DNA of 64,000 nucleotides. Origin: Andalucia godoyi And28 (lineage: Eukaryota; Protista; Jakobida). Both the position numbers and the translations under genes were made by a program. This document shows, piece after piece, positions 62,901 to 64,000 of this stretch. The notes beneath the pieces are model-generated. The model was not told the DNA's origin, searched no databases, and worked only from the letters and a program-made list of their open reading frames with translations. The stretch lies in NCBI GenBank assembly GCA_009859145.1, contig VRVR01000054.1, positions 62,001 through 126,000 of the forward strand, given 5' to 3'. Every line of letters begins with the position of its first letter. Within the stretch, counting starts at the first letter, position 1.

Positions 62901-63289
62901 CTGGTGCTGCTGCCCAGCCAAAGACGTACAGTTTCAGTGCTCCGGGTTCCGAAAAGCCGCAGTATGCCTATCAGCAGGCGTATGGTACGAATCCGCACAG
63001 CTCTGTGCGTCCGGCTTACCCGCGAGAGCCACCGCAGCACCATTTTGGCGGGTCTCGTGGTGGCGACTATGGAGGTGGCAGGCCATCATCGTATGGACGG
63101 GCCGATCGAGACCGGGATAGTCGAGATTCCCACCGCGATCATCCCTATGAGCATCGCCGCGATCGGGATGGCCAGCATCCGCGGTACGGAAATCAAGGTT
63201 CCAGTGTCCCTCATTCCAGCTCAAGCTCCAGCTCTAGTAGCAGTGGTGGCACTTCGTCTTCCGGTCCAACGTACCGTGCTCGCCGCTGA
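59963..63289 (+). CDS. XRN2: 5'-3' exoribonuclease 2 (Rat1/XRN2)
   Basis: MGVPAFYRW, DNLYLDMNGIIHPCSHPE (XRN2-type), DGVAPRAKMNQQRSRRF, PGEGEHKI, GLDADLI, GNDFLPH and WYYPYHYAP. Low-complexity RGG/RD tail. Confidence 0.93.
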   Translation: MGVPAFYRWLATKYPKTIRAAYSERPYPDAPVDTSSDNPNGTEFDNLYLDMNGIIHPCSHPEDRPAPTTEDEMYHAIFEYIDMIFTIVRPRKVLYMAIDGVAPRAKMNQQRSRRFRSAKDTQERMEEERRIRAEMEAQGAKFPAREQKAHFDSNVITPGTPFMYRLSIALQYYIHDRINNDPGWKNVAVVLSDASVPGEGEHKIVEFVREVRLREGYDANTKHVIYGLDADLIMLSLATHEPHFTVLREQISNGHRSASVREKLEEELVLANTGESSAKAVEEEKLSERRKRRSRQAAADGTQEPSIYDKPFEFLDIAVLREYLSVEFKVEHLPFEYDFERVIDDFIFICFFVGNDFLPHLPSMDIREGAIDKLLDLYVVHLPYLRGYLTENGIVNLSRCERFLAEVGRIEDDIFQRRKNQKKWNEDRKKQSAEQTPEQKLIAERMQRLTRSLPDVAVIPIGEGSGRAADEASARAKEATRVAFSRSFSASPDRSNSSESAESACEPSAKVARESSALEENESALSLDSKPSDEDVLEKEDEMVEEIAEEIAEEIAEEVKEVIQEEAGVAKVEEAPDEWKQLSDKLAERLREIRNVEGKVPDEILFGIAGWRERYYAKKFKIDYRSDRVLRDEIYKKFMEGLCWVLRYYYHGCASWSWYYPYHYAPLASDLLDVSTYNIEFQKGQPFRPIEQLMAVFPAASGHAIPEQFRRFMSDPDSPIIDFYPTEFDVDLEGKRFTWEGVALLPFIDEKRLLETIRPVEEQLEGEDRLRNERGSTIMFAHHDTAIGREIFKTYPGEEQHLQDGKVEIKCYPTVHSITGSFTCYDDAPAFDKPWVNPIRSHVSKPQVKGKLDCVRSVCATFELPPHLDHVPRLLPGAVPPPWALSNEDLDTKELQKRYDIRRKIQFRNTQSYSHAEPTFRPHQPQYHHGAAYFQPNMSSVPAMNPIPVPVLSYGAAYGAVSYGNSYAVPMAAPVPVPVPGAAAQPKTYSFSAPGSEKPQYAYQQAYGTNPHSSVRPAYPREPPQHHFGGSRGGDYGGGRPSSYGRADRDRDSRDSHRDHPYEHRRDRDGQHPRYGNQGSSVPHSSSSSSSSSSGGTSSSGPTYRARR

Positions 63290-63539
63290 TGCACCAGCCT
63301 CCTTTTCTTGTTTTTCTCATATCTCCTTTATGTTTCAAATTTGCAAATAACAAGAAGTGCCCGGAGTCTCGCCATGAGCCCTGTCATTATCCGTCGTAAA
63401 AACAAATGTCGTGATGACTCTGACAAAATCACTCCAATGACAATCAGGACTCCAATATTCCTAGAGTTCTTACATCGCTCTTTCAAGTTTTCCTGAATTC
63501 ACTTCTTTGTTGCATTTTCGTTTTGTCCTTTTCTTCCTT

Positions 63540-63650
63540 TTGAATACATTTCCATAGTTACTACTACCACCACTACCACCACTATTATTATTGTTATTAT
63601 TATTGTTATTGTTGTTGTTACTGTTATTGTTACTGTTATTGCCTTTGTTA
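63540..63650. repeat. Degenerate trinucleotide low-complexity tract (CTA/CCA/TTA/TTG)n
   Basis: Runs of ctaccacca, ttattgtta and ttgttactg in the spacer after XRN2. Confidence 0.8.
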
Positions 63651-63722
63651 TTGCCATCGCCTGTTACGCATCCATCCAAGGAAAGAAAGAGGGGAAAAAA
63701 CAAGGAAAAGCAAAAGCAAAAG

Positions 63723-64000
63723 ATGTCTTCTCGCGCGTCGGAACGGAAAGAGAATTTTAAAGGCAGTGATGTTAAATCCGGTTGGGACCGGCGCTTCGAA
63801 GCGACAGCCCAGCTTCGAAAGAATGCGCGACAGGACCGCGCATCGAAGAAACGAATGGGATACTCGACTCACATTGCAGAAGACGGGACGTCTATTGTGG
63901 CGCCTGATTTTGCGCCGCCGAATCCAGCGGATGCGCCAGCTCTGAATCCAAACATTGGAGGGGAAGAGATTGTGTCTTCGCAACAGCGGGACGAGGTGGT
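63723..64000 (+). CDS. Probable importin-alpha, 5' part (IBB domain), truncated by the window end
   Basis: ATG at 63723, open to 64000: MSSRASERKENFKGSDVKSGWDRRFEATAQLRKNARQDRASKKR, matching the IBB pattern R...FK....RR.E...LRK..R....KKR. Confidence 0.6.
   Translation, partial: MSSRASERKENFKGSDVKSGWDRRFEATAQLRKNARQDRASKKRMGYSTHIAEDGTSIVAPDFAPPNPADAPALNPNIGGEEIVSSQQRDEV

Noticed and set aside
63470-63703. Poly-Asn ORF on the minus strand
   Set aside because: Translation of a trinucleotide low-complexity spacer.

Overview
This is a gene-dense eukaryotic nuclear window from a compact, very intron-poor protist-type genome with mitochondria. The organism cannot be assigned from sequence alone. 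It has about 26 protein-coding genes on mixed strands, short pyrimidine-rich intergenic spacers and long (CT)n/(CA)n microsatellites. I found no rRNA, tRNA, CRISPR array or recognisable transposon. Recognisable genes are INO80C/Ies6, a bacterial-type nucleoside kinase, a DDAH/amidinotransferase, a GNAT, a kinesin, PLK1, PCCB, pirin, OS-9, MARCH6 (the only gene that clearly needs a splice), a sterol desaturase-family protein, BCAS3, DHX8/Prp22, XRN2 and the start of a probable importin-alpha. The most striking unexplained element is a local cluster of four paralogous genes at 34.1, 36.4, 40.1 and 49.6 kb. They share a roughly 170-aa domain (TGR-x-x-[FY]H-x-W ... EWYKTSVY ... [FY]SF[VT]HxG..FRL ... 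SPxxx[VI]KSKKPK) embedded in long Q/N/S/H-rich disordered regions, and look like an unnamed family of beta-sandwich transcription factors. Other oddities are a kinesin ending in a CaaX box, a kinesin-like protein with all nucleotide motifs degenerated, a large protein with an MLKL/RPW8-like N-terminal helical bundle plus GRAM and PH-like domains, and three adjacent bacterial-like metabolic genes.
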